A stretch of DNA of 64,000 nt from Leptospira sp. (GTDB lineage Bacteria > Spirochaetota > Leptospiria > Leptospirales > Leptospiraceae). The position numbers and the translations under genes were made by a program. The stretch spans positions 160,001 through 224,000 of the forward strand of contig JAWXAQ010000027.1 in the NCBI GenBank assembly GCA_034439575.1, given 5' to 3'. Shown one piece after another: positions 62,639-64,000 of this stretch. Each line of letters starts with the position of its first letter. The first letter of the stretch is position 1. Below the pieces are notes generated by a model. That model was not told the DNA's origin and ran no database searches. It saw nothing but the letters and a program-made list of their open reading frames with translations.

Positions 62639-63625
62639 TTATTTATCCTCCGCGTAAACACTTTGAAATAGTTGGGAGAGGGGAGGTTCTGGCGATTTTT
62701 CGGCAAATTCATAGGCTTCGTCCACTTGTTTTTGAATCGTTTCATCTAAAGAGTCTAATTCTTGTTCGCTGAGGCCAGCTGATACAAGTTCGGCTCTTGC
62801 TCGAAACATAGGATCTTTCTTTTTATAACTATCCAATTCTTCTTTGGTGCGATACTTGGCAGGGTCACTCATGGAATGGCCTCGAAACCTATAAGTTGAA
62901 ACTTCGATTAAAGTCGGACCTTCCCCGCGACGGGCACGGTCAACGGCTACCTTAACATGATCTCGTACCTTTCTCACTTCATCCCCTTCAATATGGTCAC
63001 GGGCTATATCATAAGCCGTAGCTCGAATGGATACATCTTTGACAGCTAATGCACGATACTCGGGTGTTCCCATCGCATAATGATTGTTTTCACAGATAAA
63101 AACCACTGGAAGTTTCCAAATCGCCGCTAGATTTAAACCTTCGTGAAAAGAACCGATGTTTGCCGCTCCCTCCCCGAAAAAACAAATAGTGACCGAATTG
63201 TCCTTTTTGTATTTAGATGCAAAGGCGATTCCTGCCGCCAAAGAAATATGACCCCCAACGATTCCATGACCGCCCATAAAATGAGCATTTTTATCAAAAA
63301 AGTGCATAGAACCCCCATTGCCTTTAGAAATTCCTGTGGCTTTTCCGAATAATTCCGCCATTAATGCATTGGGAGAAAGACCTCTAGCGATCGCATGACC
63401 ATGGTCACGGTAAGTGGAAACAATATAGTCTTCTGGTGTTAGGCTTGCGATGGCTCCGACGCCAACCGCTTCCTGGCCAATGTATAAATGCAAAAATCCA
63501 CCAATTTTTCCAACGCTATATGCTTTTGCGGCGGCTTCCTCAAATTTTCGTATGAGAACCATTTGTCTGTAAAACTCTTTTAACTCGGCAATCGACTTTT
63601 GATCTTTCGGTATAGAAGAAACCAA
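62639..63625 (-). CDS. pdhA: Pyruvate dehydrogenase E1 alpha
   Basis: GFLHLYIGQEA, YRDHGH, GGSMH, FGEGAAN..ENN, YRFRGHSMSDP; TTG at 63625 with SD GGAGG. Confidence 0.96.
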   Translation of the reverse strand: MVSSIPKDQKSIAELKEFYRQMVLIRKFEEAAAKAYSVGKIGGFLHLYIGQEAVGVGAIASLTPEDYIVSTYRDHGHAIARGLSPNALMAELFGKATGISKGNGGSMHFFDKNAHFMGGHGIVGGHISLAAGIAFASKYKKDNSVTICFFGEGAANIGSFHEGLNLAAIWKLPVVFICENNHYAMGTPEYRALAVKDVSIRATAYDIARDHIEGDEVRKVRDHVKVAVDRARRGEGPTLIEVSTYRFRGHSMSDPAKYRTKEELDSYKKKDPMFRARAELVSAGLSEQELDSLDETIQKQVDEAYEFAEKSPEPPLSQLFQSVYAEDK

Positions 63626-63733
63626 TTGAACCTCCAAAAACCAACAAAAACTACCACATTTAGACGAGAATAGAAAGCAAAAATCTTGCGATCTCATCTC
63701 GTATTCAAGAAACTTCCAATATAGCTATATTTC

Positions 63734-64000
63734 ATGAAAATTACAAGTAACGGCATAGAATTCCAAGATTTCCCCGAGTTTAGGCGATTCGTTCTAGAAT
63801 ATGAATTGTTAGGTTCTGTTTCTTTGAGTGAACCAATAGTAGACAAGAGTGGCAATGTTTTGTTAAAAGAGAAAGTTGCCATCAAAGAAAATTTAATCAA
63901 AAAACTAGAAGAGATGGACGGTAAGTTTATCCCTTCTTTTAAACTGGCTATGTCAAAAGATTTGATGCGAATGCTTAAGATGGTACTTGCGAAAGCAGTC
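63734..64000 (+). CDS. Hypothetical protein, 3'-truncated by window edge
   Basis: Open frame from ATG 63734: MKITSNGIEFQDFPEFRRFVLEYELLGSVSLSEPIVDKSGNVLLKEK... runs to the end; divergent from pdhA. Confidence 0.7.
   Translation, partial: MKITSNGIEFQDFPEFRRFVLEYELLGSVSLSEPIVDKSGNVLLKEKVAIKENLIKKLEEMDGKFIPSFKLAMSKDLMRMLKMVLAKAV

Noticed and set aside
63694..63900. 68-aa minus-strand ORF
   Set aside because: Shadow of the plus-strand ORF starting at 63734 that runs off the window

Overview
Chromosomal window from a Leptospira (spirochete). This is inferred from gene order and protein sequences; species and subclade are not determined. 1-17.3 kb holds one uninterrupted plus-strand array: a divergent EF-G-like gene (5'-truncated), tuf, and the fused S10-spc-alpha ribosomal protein operon to rplQ. 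It includes rpmD, infA (CTG start) and rpmJ, which the ORF track misses. 17-34 kb is mostly housekeeping: a YARHG protein, a PlsC-GpsA fusion, hisZ-purA, tRNA-Lys/tRNA-Glu, TIGR02757, HMG-CoA lyase, ccmABC, Rec-PP2C, purC/S/Q, glgC and an EAL protein. 34-51.6 kb is an Fe-S/glutathione supercluster of two convergent arrays: sufC-sufD-Rieske-sufS-sufU-sufT-ggt-gshA-(GshF-type ATP-grasp) facing serA-gloB-endA-disulfide reductase-trhO-yadGH-bolA-GST-bolA-grxD-grx. 52-64 kb holds lysS, tRNA-Leu followed by a structured ~200-bp element between 20-bp direct repeats, a PecS/UrtR-type MarR with tandem operators facing an MBL-fold hydrolase, a serine hydrolase, a pgsA-like gene, tRNA-Asp, an isolated fliG and pdhABC. 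No CRISPR array, rRNA, transposase or integrase was seen. The best leads are the tRNA-Leu-linked GGA-loop element, the glutathione/Fe-S cluster with a candidate non-canonical glutathione reductase, the PecS-like module and the CTG-initiated infA.
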